Of a stretch of 59,007 nt of DNA, positions 28,286-39,830 are shown piece after piece; within the stretch, counting starts at the first letter, position 1, and every line of letters starts with the position of its first letter. The DNA comes from a bacterium (GTDB lineage: Bacteria; Bacillota_I; Bacilli_A; RF39; UBA660), in assembly GCA_030531905.1 (NCBI GenBank), contig JAUNMG010000006.1:1-59007 (forward strand). Direction: 5' to 3'. A program made the translations under genes and the position numbers. The notes under the pieces are model-generated. The model ran no database searches. It was not told where the DNA came from and saw nothing but the letters and a program-made list of their open reading frames with translations.

Positions 28286-29527
28286 ATGAATGACTATTAT
28301 ACTAGTATTGAGCTTGGTACTGATACTATTAAGATACTAGTTTGTCAAAAGGTAGATGATGATTTTCATGTTATTGCCCAAGTGTGTGAAAAATCACAAG
28401 GAATAAAAAAGGGAATTATTGTTGATACGAAACAGGCTATAACATCTGTAAAAAAGGCTCTTAAAAAGATAAATGAAATGCTTCAGATAAAAATTACTAA
28501 GGCAATAGTGTGCATTCCTGCAATTGACTGTAGAATGGATATTGTTGTAGGAAGTTGTGATGTTATTGACTATCAAGAAATAACTGGTGAAGATGTTTCA
28601 AATGTTTTAAAAGATGCTTTAATAGGTCATGTCTATGATGATGAAGAACTTATTACTGCAGTACCAATAAGTTTTAAAGTAGATGAAGAAGATAATATAA
28701 AAGATCCTAAAGGAATGGCTGGTAAATCTATTGAGACAAGAGTTTTAATGACAACTTCTCCTAAAGATTTAGTATACAAAATACTTGAAGTATTAAAATT
28801 AAGCGGTATTGATGCAATTGATGTTTGTTATTCTACTACTGGGGATTATTTTGCTATTAGAAATGATAATCTTGACAAACAAGTAGGAGCAATTGTTAAT
28901 ATTGGAGAAGATAAGACTACTATTTCTGTTTTTAATAAAGGGATTATGATTAAAAATAAAGTTATCAGTGTTGGAAGTAGAAATATAGATAATGATATAT
29001 CTTATATTTACAAAACAAGTAAGGAAGATTCTAGATTTTTAAAAGAAAATTTTGTTGTGTCTTCTGCAAGGTATGCAGATGTTAACGAAACTCACAAAGT
29101 TAGGTTAGATACTGATGAAATAAAAGAAATTAGTCAACTAGAATTGTCAAAGGTAGTAGAAGCAAGACTAATAGAAATATTAAATTTGATAAAAAATGAG
29201 TTAAAAAACTTAACAAAACGAGAAATACGTTATATAATTATAACAGGTGGTGTATCAGAACTTGCAGGATTCCAATATTTATTAGAAGATGAGCTTGGTA
29301 TAAAAGCAAGAGTATGCAATATGACTACCATGGGAATTAGACATAATAAATATAGTAGTGTTTTTGGAATTATTAAGTATTTTGATACTAAACTTAATTT
29401 ACGTGGAAAACAAACTAATATGTTGAGTGAGTCTGATATAGAAAGTTTAATAACAATTAGAGAAACAAAAGGAAGTAATGACAATAATATTATAAATAAA
29501 GTATTCGGTCGTTTTTTTGAAAATTAA
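28286..29527 (+). CDS. ftsA: Cell division protein FtsA
   Basis: IELGTDTIK, GIKKGIIVD, VNIGEDKT, IITGGVSELAG; directly before ftsZ. Confidence 0.9.
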   Translation: MNDYYTSIELGTDTIKILVCQKVDDDFHVIAQVCEKSQGIKKGIIVDTKQAITSVKKALKKINEMLQIKITKAIVCIPAIDCRMDIVVGSCDVIDYQEITGEDVSNVLKDALIGHVYDDEELITAVPISFKVDEEDNIKDPKGMAGKSIETRVLMTTSPKDLVYKILEVLKLSGIDAIDVCYSTTGDYFAIRNDNLDKQVGAIVNIGEDKTTISVFNKGIMIKNKVISVGSRNIDNDISYIYKTSKEDSRFLKENFVVSSARYADVNETHKVRLDTDEIKEISQLELSKVVEARLIEILNLIKNELKNLTKREIRYIIITGGVSELAGFQYLLEDELGIKARVCNMTTMGIRHNKYSSVFGIIKYFDTKLNLRGKQTNMLSESDIESLITIRETKGSNDNNIINKVFGRFFEN

Positions 29528-29539
29528 GGAGGAACAGGT

Positions 29540-30685
29540 ATGATAGGCGGATTAGAAATGGATCAGTTAGCCAAGATTAAGGTAATAGGTCTTGGTGGTG
29601 GTGGCGGTAACGCTATCAATAGAATGGTTGAATCTGGTGTTAAGGGAGTAGAATTTATTGCAGCTAACACAGATTTACAAGTATTAAACAGTTCTAAAGC
29701 AGATGTTAAAATCCAAATAGGAGCATCTCTTACAGATGGATTAGGAGCGGGAGCAAGACCAGAGATTGGTAAAGAAGCTGCTGTTGAATCTAAGAAAGAA
29801 ATAGAAGATGCTTTAGCAGGAGCAGATATGGTATTTGTTACTTGTGGAATGGGTGGAGGAACCGGAACAGGTGCAGCTCCAGTAGTTGCAGAAATTGCTC
29901 AAGCTTTAGGCGCACTTACAGTAGCAATTGTTACTAAACCTTTCTCATTCGAAGGTAAGAAGAGAATGCAAAATGCTTTAGAAGGATTAGAAGAATTAAA
30001 GAAACATGTAGATACTTTAATCGTTATTCCAAATGATAGATTAAGAGAAATTATTGATAAAACAACACCAATGCTTGAAGCATTTAAAGAAGTTGATAAC
30101 GTATTACGTCGTGGTGTTCAATCAATTTCTGATTTGATTGCTGTAGTTGGACTTGTTAACCTAGACTTTGCAGATGTTAAAGCAGTAATGGAAAAGAGTG
30201 GTCATGCTATTATCGGTATTGGTATCGGTATGGGAGAAGATAGAGCAATAGAAGCTGCTAAACAGGCAGTATCATCACCACTACTTGAAACATCTATTGA
30301 AGGAGCAACTGATGCAATTATTAATATTACAGGTGGAGTTAACTTAACATTATTTGAAGCAGAACAAGCAGCAGAAGTTGTACGTGCAGCAGCAAATACT
30401 GATATTAACACAATCTTTGGTTCTGTTATTAATGAAAACTTATCTGATGAGGTAATTGTTACCGTTATAGCTACAGGTTTTGATAAAAAAGGTAGAGAAA
30501 TAGAAAGTAGCCAGCCTGTATATAGCAATGTTCAACAAACAAGAAGAACTCAAAGAGTTGAACCAGAAATGGTATATCAATCTACACCAACTAGTGAAGT
30601 TTTAACACCAATTGGTGATGATGATTCTTCATCAGATGATTCAGAATTTGATTTACCTCCGTTTTTAAAGGATAGAAATTACTAA
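29540..30685 (+). CDS. ftsZ: Cell division protein FtsZ
   Basis: GGGGGNA, GGGTGTG tubulin signature, NLDFADV, C-terminal DLPPFL. Confidence 0.98.
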   Translation: MIGGLEMDQLAKIKVIGLGGGGGNAINRMVESGVKGVEFIAANTDLQVLNSSKADVKIQIGASLTDGLGAGARPEIGKEAAVESKKEIEDALAGADMVFVTCGMGGGTGTGAAPVVAEIAQALGALTVAIVTKPFSFEGKKRMQNALEGLEELKKHVDTLIVIPNDRLREIIDKTTPMLEAFKEVDNVLRRGVQSISDLIAVVGLVNLDFADVKAVMEKSGHAIIGIGIGMGEDRAIEAAKQAVSSPLLETSIEGATDAIINITGGVNLTLFEAEQAAEVVRAAANTDINTIFGSVINENLSDEVIVTVIATGFDKKGREIESSQPVYSNVQQTRRTQRVEPEMVYQSTPTSEVLTPIGDDDSSSDDSEFDLPPFLKDRNY

Positions 30686-30688
30686 TAT

Positions 30689-30717
30689 AAATCAAGCAAA
30701 ATTTGCTTGATTTTTTC
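30689..30717 (+). terminator. Intrinsic terminator
   Basis: AATCAAGCAA-AA-TTTGCTTGATT followed by TTTT. Confidence 0.7.
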
Positions 30718-30885
30718 TTTTCTAGTGAGAACTATAATAAAATTAGCACTTGTTAATAGTAATTATAATTATTACTTGTTGATATTCTTAGAATGTATAC
30801 AAAATAATTGGTTTAAGCCTAATACTTTTTTCTTTGAAATATTATCTTTTAGTGTTATAATTTTTATAGATAGGAGTAAGATATA

Positions 30886-33135
30886 ATGGCAAAGAAAAAG
30901 AAAAGAAAAGAGTCTAAGAAAAGTTTTGAGCATGCTGCTGAATTATATGGAATTTTACTTGTATTAATTGCTATATTAGGACTTGGAAAATATGGTGTAG
31001 TAGGTAGATTTATAACTTCATTTTCAATTTTTCTATTTGGTTCAATTTATATGCTATTTTTAGTTTCTGTTTTAATAATAGGTGCATATTTAGTAGTTAA
31101 AAGAGAGTGGCCTGACTTTTTTACAACTAAACTTATTGGAATATATGTATTTACATTAGGACTGTTAATTCTAATGCATCAAGGTTTTATAGAAAAAGAA
31201 AGTAATATGATGAGTATTTTTAAAGAAACAATTAACGAGTTAGTTGGTGGTTTTAATAGTATTATGAATACTGGAACACTTACTGATCTTACGGCTGTAG
31301 GGGGAGGAATCATCGGTGGAGTTTTTGCAATCCTTTTTGATGCTTTATTTTCATATACCGGAATGCAAATAGTATCATGGACCTTAATTGGCTTAGGTTT
31401 CTTATTATTTGTTGGTTTCTCTTTATTTGATACTTTAAAAGAAAAATATAAAAATAGAACCCCAAGAGAGAAGAAGGAAAAAGTTAAAGATAAATCCAAA
31501 GGTGTTATCATCAAAGATGGTACAGAAGAGATTACTACTGAATTAAAAGATGAAGGAAAACATATAAAAATATCTAGTATCGATGAAATAACTAAAGTAG
31601 AACAAACAAAATCTTCTGAAGAAAGTATTACTGATTCTAAGACAGAGGCTAAGTCTTCTACTAATAAAGCTTATAAATTACCGACTATTGATTTGCTTGA
31701 TAAACCTAAGAAGAAAAACAAAGCTACAGATAATAGTGTAATAGAAAAAAATATTGAGACTTTAGAGAATGTCTTAAAAGATTTTAAAATTAGTGGTAAA
31801 GTAGTTGAAGTCCATATTGGTCCAACAGTTGTTCAATATGAACTTAAAATTGCTAGTGGTACAAGGGTTAATAAAATTACAAGTATTAATAGAGAAATTT
31901 CTTTAGCTCTTGCTAAAAAAGACGTTAGAATTGAAGCCCCAATTCCTGGTAAGGATACTGTTGGAATTGAGTTTGCTAACGATACACCATCACCAGTTAG
32001 TTTTTATGAAATCATGGATAGTCCTAAAATGAAAAGTTCTGGTGATAAAAAACTTATGGTACCACTTGGTAAAAGTATTATGGGGGACATTGGTGTTTGT
32101 GAAATTAATAAAATGCCGCATCTGCTTATAGCAGGAACTACAGGTTCAGGTAAATCTGTTTGTGTTAATGGAATTATTTGTTCAATTTTAATGAGAGCAA
32201 AACCAGAAGAAGTAAAACTTGTTATGGTAGATCCTAAGGTTGTTGAACTTTCAGTTTATAATGGAGTTCCCCATCTATTAAGACCAGTTGTCACAGATCC
32301 TAAACAAGCATCAATTGCCCTTGCTAAAATGGTTGCTGAGATGGAAAGAAGATATCAAGTGTTTAGTGAGTCTAAAACAAAAAACATTGAAGGATATAAC
32401 GCTTATATTGAAAAAGAAAATGCTAAAATTACAGATGTTGAAGCTAAAAGAGAAAAAATGCCATATATAGTTATTATTATCGATGAGTTAGCTGATTTAA
32501 TGATGGTTGCTGCAAAGGAAGTAGAAGATTCAATTTTAAGAATTACTCAAAAAGCACGTGCTGCTGGAATGCATTTAATAGTTGCAACACAACGTCCATC
32601 AACTGAAGTAATCACAGGATTAATTAAAGCTAATATTCCATCACGTATAGCATTTTCTGTTGGATCTGGAATTGATTCTAGAACGATTCTTGATCAAACA
32701 GGGGCAGAAAATCTTTTAGGAAAAGGAGATATGTTATTTTTACCAATTGGAATGAACTCTCCACTTCGTATTCAAGGTTCATTTATTACAGATGATGAAA
32801 TAAAAAGAATAATTGACTACACAATTTCACAACAAAAAGCTCAGTATGATGAGTCTATGATGAATTTGGATGTTTCAAGTAGTGATAAAAGTGCATCTCA
32901 AATAGAAGATATGAATCAACAAGAAGAATATGATGACCCATTATACAATGATATTGTTGAATTTGTTATAAGTACGCAAAAAGCAAGTGCCTCACTTTTA
33001 CAAAGAAAATTTAAACTAGGATACAATCGCGCCGCAAGAATTATAGATTTATTAGAAGAGCGAGGAATAATAGGACCATCTAATGGCTCAAAACCTCGTG
33101 AAGTTTTAGTTCAATTAAATAATAATGAAGAATAG
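30886..33135 (+). CDS. ftsK: DNA translocase FtsK/SpoIIIE
   Basis: N-terminal TMs, PHLLIAGTTGSGKS, IDELADLM, ATQRPS, gamma domain LQRKFKLGYNRAARI. Confidence 0.96.
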   Translation: MAKKKKRKESKKSFEHAAELYGILLVLIAILGLGKYGVVGRFITSFSIFLFGSIYMLFLVSVLIIGAYLVVKREWPDFFTTKLIGIYVFTLGLLILMHQGFIEKESNMMSIFKETINELVGGFNSIMNTGTLTDLTAVGGGIIGGVFAILFDALFSYTGMQIVSWTLIGLGFLLFVGFSLFDTLKEKYKNRTPREKKEKVKDKSKGVIIKDGTEEITTELKDEGKHIKISSIDEITKVEQTKSSEESITDSKTEAKSSTNKAYKLPTIDLLDKPKKKNKATDNSVIEKNIETLENVLKDFKISGKVVEVHIGPTVVQYELKIASGTRVNKITSINREISLALAKKDVRIEAPIPGKDTVGIEFANDTPSPVSFYEIMDSPKMKSSGDKKLMVPLGKSIMGDIGVCEINKMPHLLIAGTTGSGKSVCVNGIICSILMRAKPEEVKLVMVDPKVVELSVYNGVPHLLRPVVTDPKQASIALAKMVAEMERRYQVFSESKTKNIEGYNAYIEKENAKITDVEAKREKMPYIVIIIDELADLMMVAAKEVEDSILRITQKARAAGMHLIVATQRPSTEVITGLIKANIPSRIAFSVGSGIDSRTILDQTGAENLLGKGDMLFLPIGMNSPLRIQGSFITDDEIKRIIDYTISQQKAQYDESMMNLDVSSSDKSASQIEDMNQQEEYDDPLYNDIVEFVISTQKASASLLQRKFKLGYNRAARIIDLLEERGIIGPSNGSKPREVLVQLNNNEE

Positions 33136-33168
33136 TTAATTTTGATTATAAGGAATAGGAATAATAAT

Positions 33169-33738
33169 ATGGATAATAAAAATATAGAGAGTATAAATAA
33201 AAAACGTAAAATTACTTTAGTCATTAGTATTTTACTATTGTTGATTTTAATTATAGGTAGCACATATGCTTGGTTTAAACTTAAAGTCACTAGTGCAACT
33301 TCTAACATAATTAATGCTGGTGGGATCCAAATTGAATTAAAAGAGTTTGATGATAATACAATTCTTTTACAAAATCAAGTACCAATAAGTGATACTAGGG
33401 GTTTACAAACAAAAGAATATATATTTGAATTAAAAAATACTGGTAGAGATAAAAGATACACTATTTACTTAGATGATTTAGCTCTTAATACAAATGAAGT
33501 AAGAATGGATGATAAGAATGTTAAATATAATATCATGAAAAATAACCAATCATTAAAAACTGAATTATTATCCTTAACAGGAACAAATCCTAACCGTATT
33601 ATTGAAACAGGAGTTATTAGTAAAGAAACTATTAATTATAAACTAAGATTATGGATAGATAAAAATGCTTCTAATGATGTTATGGGTACTGTATTTTATG
33701 CAAAAATTAGAGTGGAAGCAGTTGATGTAGCCGCTTAG
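33169..33738 (+). CDS. Exported protein with a SipW-type signal (TasA/CalY-like), paralog of 24834-25427
   Basis: TM ending GSTYAWF; Y.FELKNTG, YKLRLWI, F.AKIRVEA. Confidence 0.5.
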   Translation: MDNKNIESINKKRKITLVISILLLLILIIGSTYAWFKLKVTSATSNIINAGGIQIELKEFDDNTILLQNQVPISDTRGLQTKEYIFELKNTGRDKRYTIYLDDLALNTNEVRMDDKNVKYNIMKNNQSLKTELLSLTGTNPNRIIETGVISKETINYKLRLWIDKNASNDVMGTVFYAKIRVEAVDVAA

Positions 33739-33809
33739 TGATAAAAATATTAAATCAGAAAATTAATTTTTTCTGATTTTTTTTCATATATTTATAATAG
33801 GTGAGGAGT

Positions 33810-34166
33810 ATGTCAAAGGAAACATTTAAAAAGTTTGTTAGAAATTATCCTGAATTAGGTAGTAGTGTAATGGAAAATAAAACTACTTGGCAAAAATTGT
33901 ATGAACTATATGAACTATACGGTGAAGACAATAGTGTATGGGAAAAATATATCAAAAAAAGTCCTAAAACAAATACCATAGATACTAGAGATTCATCATT
34001 TTCAGAACTTATAAATATGATTAAAAAAGTGGATTTGGATTCTGTTCAAAAAGGTGTTAACAATCTTCAAAAAACAATAGGATTACTTCAAGATATTGGA
34101 ATAGGTTCGAAGACAAAAGTTCCAACATATGAACCAAGACCAATGTATAAGTATTTTGATGACTAA
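33810..34166 (+). CDS. ylbD: YlbD-like spore coat protein
   Basis: FKKFV..YP.L......TWQ.LYE.Y.LYGED..W pattern; ylbD-E-F-rsmD order. Confidence 0.7.
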   Translation: MSKETFKKFVRNYPELGSSVMENKTTWQKLYELYELYGEDNSVWEKYIKKSPKTNTIDTRDSSFSELINMIKKVDLDSVQKGVNNLQKTIGLLQDIGIGSKTKVPTYEPRPMYKYFDD

Positions 34167-34387
34167 TGGATATTAAGACTCAAATAATAGTTAGGTCTAA
34201 TCCTAATATATATAGATTTTTAAGAGAAGAATCTTATTGGTACAAATATTTAAATAGAGATCCTAATTCAATTAAAGATTTAGAAAAGGCTATGAAAACT
34301 AAATACAAGTTAACAACAGAAGATAAATTAGAAAAAATAAATCAAAGTATGAGTTTAATTCATAGTTTTATGGATGTTTTAAAATAG
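34166..34387 (+). CDS. ylbE: YlbE-like protein
   Basis: FLREESYWYKYLNRDP motif, 73 aa, coupled to ylbD. Confidence 0.7.
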   Translation: MDIKTQIIVRSNPNIYRFLREESYWYKYLNRDPNSIKDLEKAMKTKYKLTTEDKLEKINQSMSLIHSFMDVLK

Positions 34388-34439
34388 AAATTAATTCTAT
34401 TTTTTTCTTTTATATGATAAAATATCATTGGTGGTAGAA

Positions 34440-34733
34440 ATGTCTTATATTTACGATAAATTAGAAAATGTAGAAGAAAATTTAAATTCTTTAGAACTGT
34501 TTAATAACTTAGATAAAGCTTTTTTAGAAGTAAAACAGAATCAAGAATTATTAGAAAAAATAAAAAAATATAATAAAGAACCTAGTCAAAATTTGAAAAT
34601 AGATATTTATAATTACGAAGAAATCAAAAAATATAAATCACTTGAAAATGAAGTTAATTTTTTAATACTTCATATTAATGAAAAATTAAAAGAAATTGAT
34701 TCTATTAGGAGTTGTAAGCATGAAAATAATTAG
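34440..34733 (+). CDS. YlbF/YmcA-family regulator-like protein
   Basis: Short helical protein with EIKKYKSLENEVNFLILHIN; position between ylbE and rsmD. Confidence 0.55.
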   Translation: MSYIYDKLENVEENLNSLELFNNLDKAFLEVKQNQELLEKIKKYNKEPSQNLKIDIYNYEEIKKYKSLENEVNFLILHINEKLKEIDSIRSCKHENN

Positions 34734-35259
34734 TGGGAGTTTAAAAGGTAGATCATTGGATGGGTTCAATTTAGAAGGTACAAGACCAACAATGGATAGA
34801 GTAAAGGAATCTTTATTTGCGATGATTCAAAATAACTTAGATAACAGTATTTGTCTTGATTTATTTTCAGGAAGTGGTAATTTAGGGATAGAAGCTATTA
34901 GTCAAGGAGCAAATAAAGTATATTTAGTTGATTCTAATAAAAAAGCTATTCAAGTAATTAAGAATAATTTAAATAAATTAAATATTGCAGATAAATGTAG
35001 TGTCATATTAGGAGATTTTAAAAAAGTTTTAAATCAATTAAATGTTAAATTTAATATTATATTTTTAGATCCACCGTATAAGACTAATTATATAGAAGAA
35101 TCTATTAATTTTATTACTAAGAATAATTTACTAGAAAATAATGGATTAATAATTTGTGAAAGTGATAGTTTAGAAAAAATAGTTTATTCTTTAGATTATA
35201 GACCAATTAAGGAAAAGAAATATGGAGATAAATATATAGTAATACTTGAAAAAATATGA
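34720..35259 (+). CDS. rsmD: 16S rRNA m2G966 methyltransferase RsmD
   Basis: MKIISG..KG, TRPTMDRVKESLF, LDLFSGSG.LGIEA, FLDPPY. Confidence 0.95.
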   Translation: MKIISGSLKGRSLDGFNLEGTRPTMDRVKESLFAMIQNNLDNSICLDLFSGSGNLGIEAISQGANKVYLVDSNKKAIQVIKNNLNKLNIADKCSVILGDFKKVLNQLNVKFNIIFLDPPYKTNYIEESINFITKNNLLENNGLIICESDSLEKIVYSLDYRPIKEKKYGDKYIVILEKI

Positions 35260-35286
35260 TACCATTATAGTAATAATAGAAGGTTA

Positions 35287-36192
35287 GTGATGATAATGAA
35301 AAAAATGAATAATAAAGGGTTTGCTGTATCTACTATGCTTTTTGGATTATTAATAATTATTGTTTTAACTATAGGGGTTACTATTAGTATAATGGCCTTT
35401 AATCGTAAAAATAGCAAAGAATTTTCACAGACTATAGTTGATGAATTAGAAAGTAGGAAGATAGTAAATTTTAAAGTAGGGGATTATATAGAGATGACAC
35501 CAACAAGGACCAATGCTAGATTAAGTACGGAAATGACAGGCTATATCAGTGACCAATCTATTAACCCTAGTAATTTGAATACATGGATTGTTATGAAAAT
35601 TAATGATGATAAAACAATAGATTTAATATCTAAAGATGCTTCTAATGAAAAAATATACTTTGGTGGTATTAATGGATATCAAAAATATATTGAAACATTA
35701 AATGATATAGCTAATTTTTATCAAAATAATAAATATACAGTTGGAGCTAGATATCCGGGATATGATATTAATGGTAAACAAACAGAAACTATAACTGACA
35801 CTTCATTATTCAATTTAAATAAAGCTCCAAAAGAATCATCAACTGATGATAATATAACAGAAGAAGAAGAAAAACAAGGCTTGGGGGATGTTGGCTATAA
35901 AAGTGATTTAGAAATTCTTAAAACTTTAGTGAACACCACTACCATTCCTAAGTCATATTGGTTAGCTTCTCGTTATTATAAATATTTATCTAATAGTCTT
36001 GGTAGTATATGGTACTTTCAGGGTCGCTATTATGATGGTGAGGTTAATTCTCTTAGTTTTCATTATTGTGGTACATCGGAGTGTCATGATAGTCATATGA
36101 GTAAATCTGTCCGTCCGATAGTTATTATAAACTCATCTGTTAAGGTTAAAAGTGGAACTGGAACTGGTAACGATCCATATAAGTTAGATTAA
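35287..36192 (+). CDS. Surface protein with a prepilin-like (class III) N-terminus
   Basis: MKKMNNKG/FAVSTMLFGLLIII; C-terminal VRPIVII..GTGTGNDPYKL. Confidence 0.5.
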   Translation: MMIMKKMNNKGFAVSTMLFGLLIIIVLTIGVTISIMAFNRKNSKEFSQTIVDELESRKIVNFKVGDYIEMTPTRTNARLSTEMTGYISDQSINPSNLNTWIVMKINDDKTIDLISKDASNEKIYFGGINGYQKYIETLNDIANFYQNNKYTVGARYPGYDINGKQTETITDTSLFNLNKAPKESSTDDNITEEEEKQGLGDVGYKSDLEILKTLVNTTTIPKSYWLASRYYKYLSNSLGSIWYFQGRYYDGEVNSLSFHYCGTSECHDSHMSKSVRPIVIINSSVKVKSGTGTGNDPYKLD

Positions 36193-36215
36193 AGATGTTA
36201 TCCATCTTTTTTTTA
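36193..36215 (+). terminator. Intrinsic terminator
   Basis: AAAGATG-TTATC-CATCTTT followed by a T run. Confidence 0.65.
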
Positions 36216-36223
36216 AAATAAAA

Positions 36224-36250
36224 TTAGCAAAAACTGTTGACAAGTGCTAA
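36224..36250 (+). promoter_or_regulatory. Degenerate CIRCE element overlapping the hrcA -35
   Basis: TTAGCAAAA-N9-AAGTGCTAA; TTGACA at 36237-36242 and TATAAT at 36261-36266. Confidence 0.6.
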
Positions 36251-36270
36251 TTAATAGTCATATAATGTAT

Positions 36271-36297
36271 TTAGCACTCGTAGAATATTAGTGCTAG
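36271..36297 (+). promoter_or_regulatory. CIRCE element (HrcA operator)
   Basis: TTAGCACTC-N9-TAGTGCTAG versus consensus TTAGCACTC-N9-GAGTGCTAA. Confidence 0.9.
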
Positions 36298-36310
36298 GAG
36301 GTAGTTGTTA

Positions 36311-37300
36311 ATGTTAACGAAACGTCAGGAAAATATTCTAAAGCTGATAGTTGAACATTATGTTAAACTTGCAAAACCAATTAGTTCAAATTCAATTTGT
36401 AAGAAATTAAAGTGTTCTAGTGCAACAGTAAGAAATGAGATGGTATCCTTAGAAGAAGCTGGTTTACTTGAAAAAACTCATACTTCTTCAGGAAGAATTC
36501 CTAGTGAGAATGGTTATCGTTATTATGTAGATAATCTTATGGAATTAAAAAAAATGAATGCTGAAGATATGTTAAAGCTTCAAATAATATTCCATAATAA
36601 TCAGTTACCATTATCTGATTGTATTACAAAGAGCTTGCAAGTTATTTCTGATATGACTAGTTATGCTACTATTGTTTTAGGTTCATCTTCTCATGATAAT
36701 ATGCTTAAGCAAATAGAAGTAGTTCCAATTGATGATGTTAGTATGATTGTAATAATTGTTACTGATAAAGGTCATGTAGAACATAAAGAAATAAGATTAG
36801 AAGGTGTTTCATTAGATGATATTAAAAAGACTGTTGTTCTAATTAATAATTTAATTATAGGTACACCAATAGATGAAGTTAGTACTAAACTAGAGTATGA
36901 AATTAAACCAATTATTGGTCGCTATGTTACTGAACATGAAAGACTTTATAATGCTTTCTATAATGTATTTAGTGATTTTTCTACAAATGATATTAATGTA
37001 GTAGGACGTACTAAATTCTTGGAACAACCAGAGTTCACTAGTGTTTCAAAAATCAAGAATATCTTTGAAAAGCTAGATGATGAGGAAACACTTCGTGAAA
37101 TAGAAAAAGACGATGATAACAACATTAAAATCTATATTGGAAAAGAAAATAATATTGATGAAGATGTAACAGTCATAAAGACAAAATTTAAAAATGGAAA
37201 TGAGGAAGGAACTCTTGCTATCGTTGGTCCTAAGAGAATGGACTACGAAAGAGTTGTATCAATGCTTGAATTTATTAAAGATCAAGTAGAAGATAATTAG
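36311..37300 (+). CDS. hrcA: Heat-inducible transcription repressor HrcA
   Basis: LTKRQENILK.IVE.Y, SSATVRNEM, HTSSGRIPS..GYRYYVD, GPKRMDY. Confidence 0.96.
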   Translation: MLTKRQENILKLIVEHYVKLAKPISSNSICKKLKCSSATVRNEMVSLEEAGLLEKTHTSSGRIPSENGYRYYVDNLMELKKMNAEDMLKLQIIFHNNQLPLSDCITKSLQVISDMTSYATIVLGSSSHDNMLKQIEVVPIDDVSMIVIIVTDKGHVEHKEIRLEGVSLDDIKKTVVLINNLIIGTPIDEVSTKLEYEIKPIIGRYVTEHERLYNAFYNVFSDFSTNDINVVGRTKFLEQPEFTSVSKIKNIFEKLDDEETLREIEKDDDNNIKIYIGKENNIDEDVTVIKTKFKNGNEEGTLAIVGPKRMDYERVVSMLEFIKDQVEDN

Positions 37301-37304
37301 AAAG

Positions 37305-37916
37305 GTGATGCAAATGACAGATAATAAAGAAGAAGTTAAAGAAGAAATAAAACAAGAAGAGAAACATGAAGATTGCAAATGCAAAGAAAATGATAAAAAA
37401 TGTTGTCATGAACATAAAAAGCATAATCATGATAATAATAAATTAAAAGAAAAAGAAGCAGAAATTGAAAAATTAAAGAAAGAGTTAGAAGAATCTGTTA
37501 AGAAGGTACAATATGCTCAAGCAGAACTTGTAAATTATCGTAAAAGAAAAGATGATGAAGTAGCTAGTTATAAGAAATATTGTAATCAGGATTTAATTAC
37601 AGAACTGATTCCAATAGTTGATAACTTTGAAAGAGCAATTAGTCTAGATGATAATAATTTAACTGATGAGTTATCAAAATTCTTACATGGATTTAAGATG
37701 ATGTATGCATCTCTAACTGAGGTTTTAAGAAAGTTTGGAGTTGAAGAAATCTCACGTGCTGGAGAAGTATTTGATTCTAATTTAGAAGAAGCATTAATGA
37801 CTGATAATATTGATTCTGTTGATGATGATATCGTAACAGAAGTATTATTAAAAGGTTATAAATTGAAAGACAGGGTAATAAGACCTGCTTCAGTAAAAAT
37901 AAATAAAAAAGATTAA
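37305..37916 (+). CDS. grpE: Nucleotide exchange factor GrpE
   Basis: AEL.NYRKR, LIPIVDNFERA, GY.L.DRVIRPASVKI. Confidence 0.95.
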   Translation: MMQMTDNKEEVKEEIKQEEKHEDCKCKENDKKCCHEHKKHNHDNNKLKEKEAEIEKLKKELEESVKKVQYAQAELVNYRKRKDDEVASYKKYCNQDLITELIPIVDNFERAISLDDNNLTDELSKFLHGFKMMYASLTEVLRKFGVEEISRAGEVFDSNLEEALMTDNIDSVDDDIVTEVLLKGYKLKDRVIRPASVKINKKD

Positions 37917-37933
37917 TTATAAAGGAGAGATAA

Positions 37934-39760
<1,827 letters not shown>

Positions 39761-39776
39761 TAATTAATAATACAAG

Positions 39777-39802
39777 TGAAGTTCTAGGAAACTAGAACTT
39801 TG
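39777..39802 (+). terminator. Hairpin after dnaK (terminator or stabiliser)
   Basis: AAGTTCTAG-GAAA-CTAGAACTT; weak T tract. Confidence 0.5.
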
Positions 39803-39830
39803 CTTTGTAAATAATGATTAAGGAGACACT

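Noticed and set aside
30743-30769. TTAGCACTT between ftsZ and ftsK as a possible CIRCE
   Set aside because: Half-site only; no GTGCTAA arm at 9-nt spacing
32288-32470. Same-strand out-of-frame ORFs (also 41760, 42228) and + strand ORFs inside - strand genes (43532, 56022)
   Set aside because: Nested in ftsK, dnaJ, rnhC or the ABC permease, with no RBS or recognisable motif
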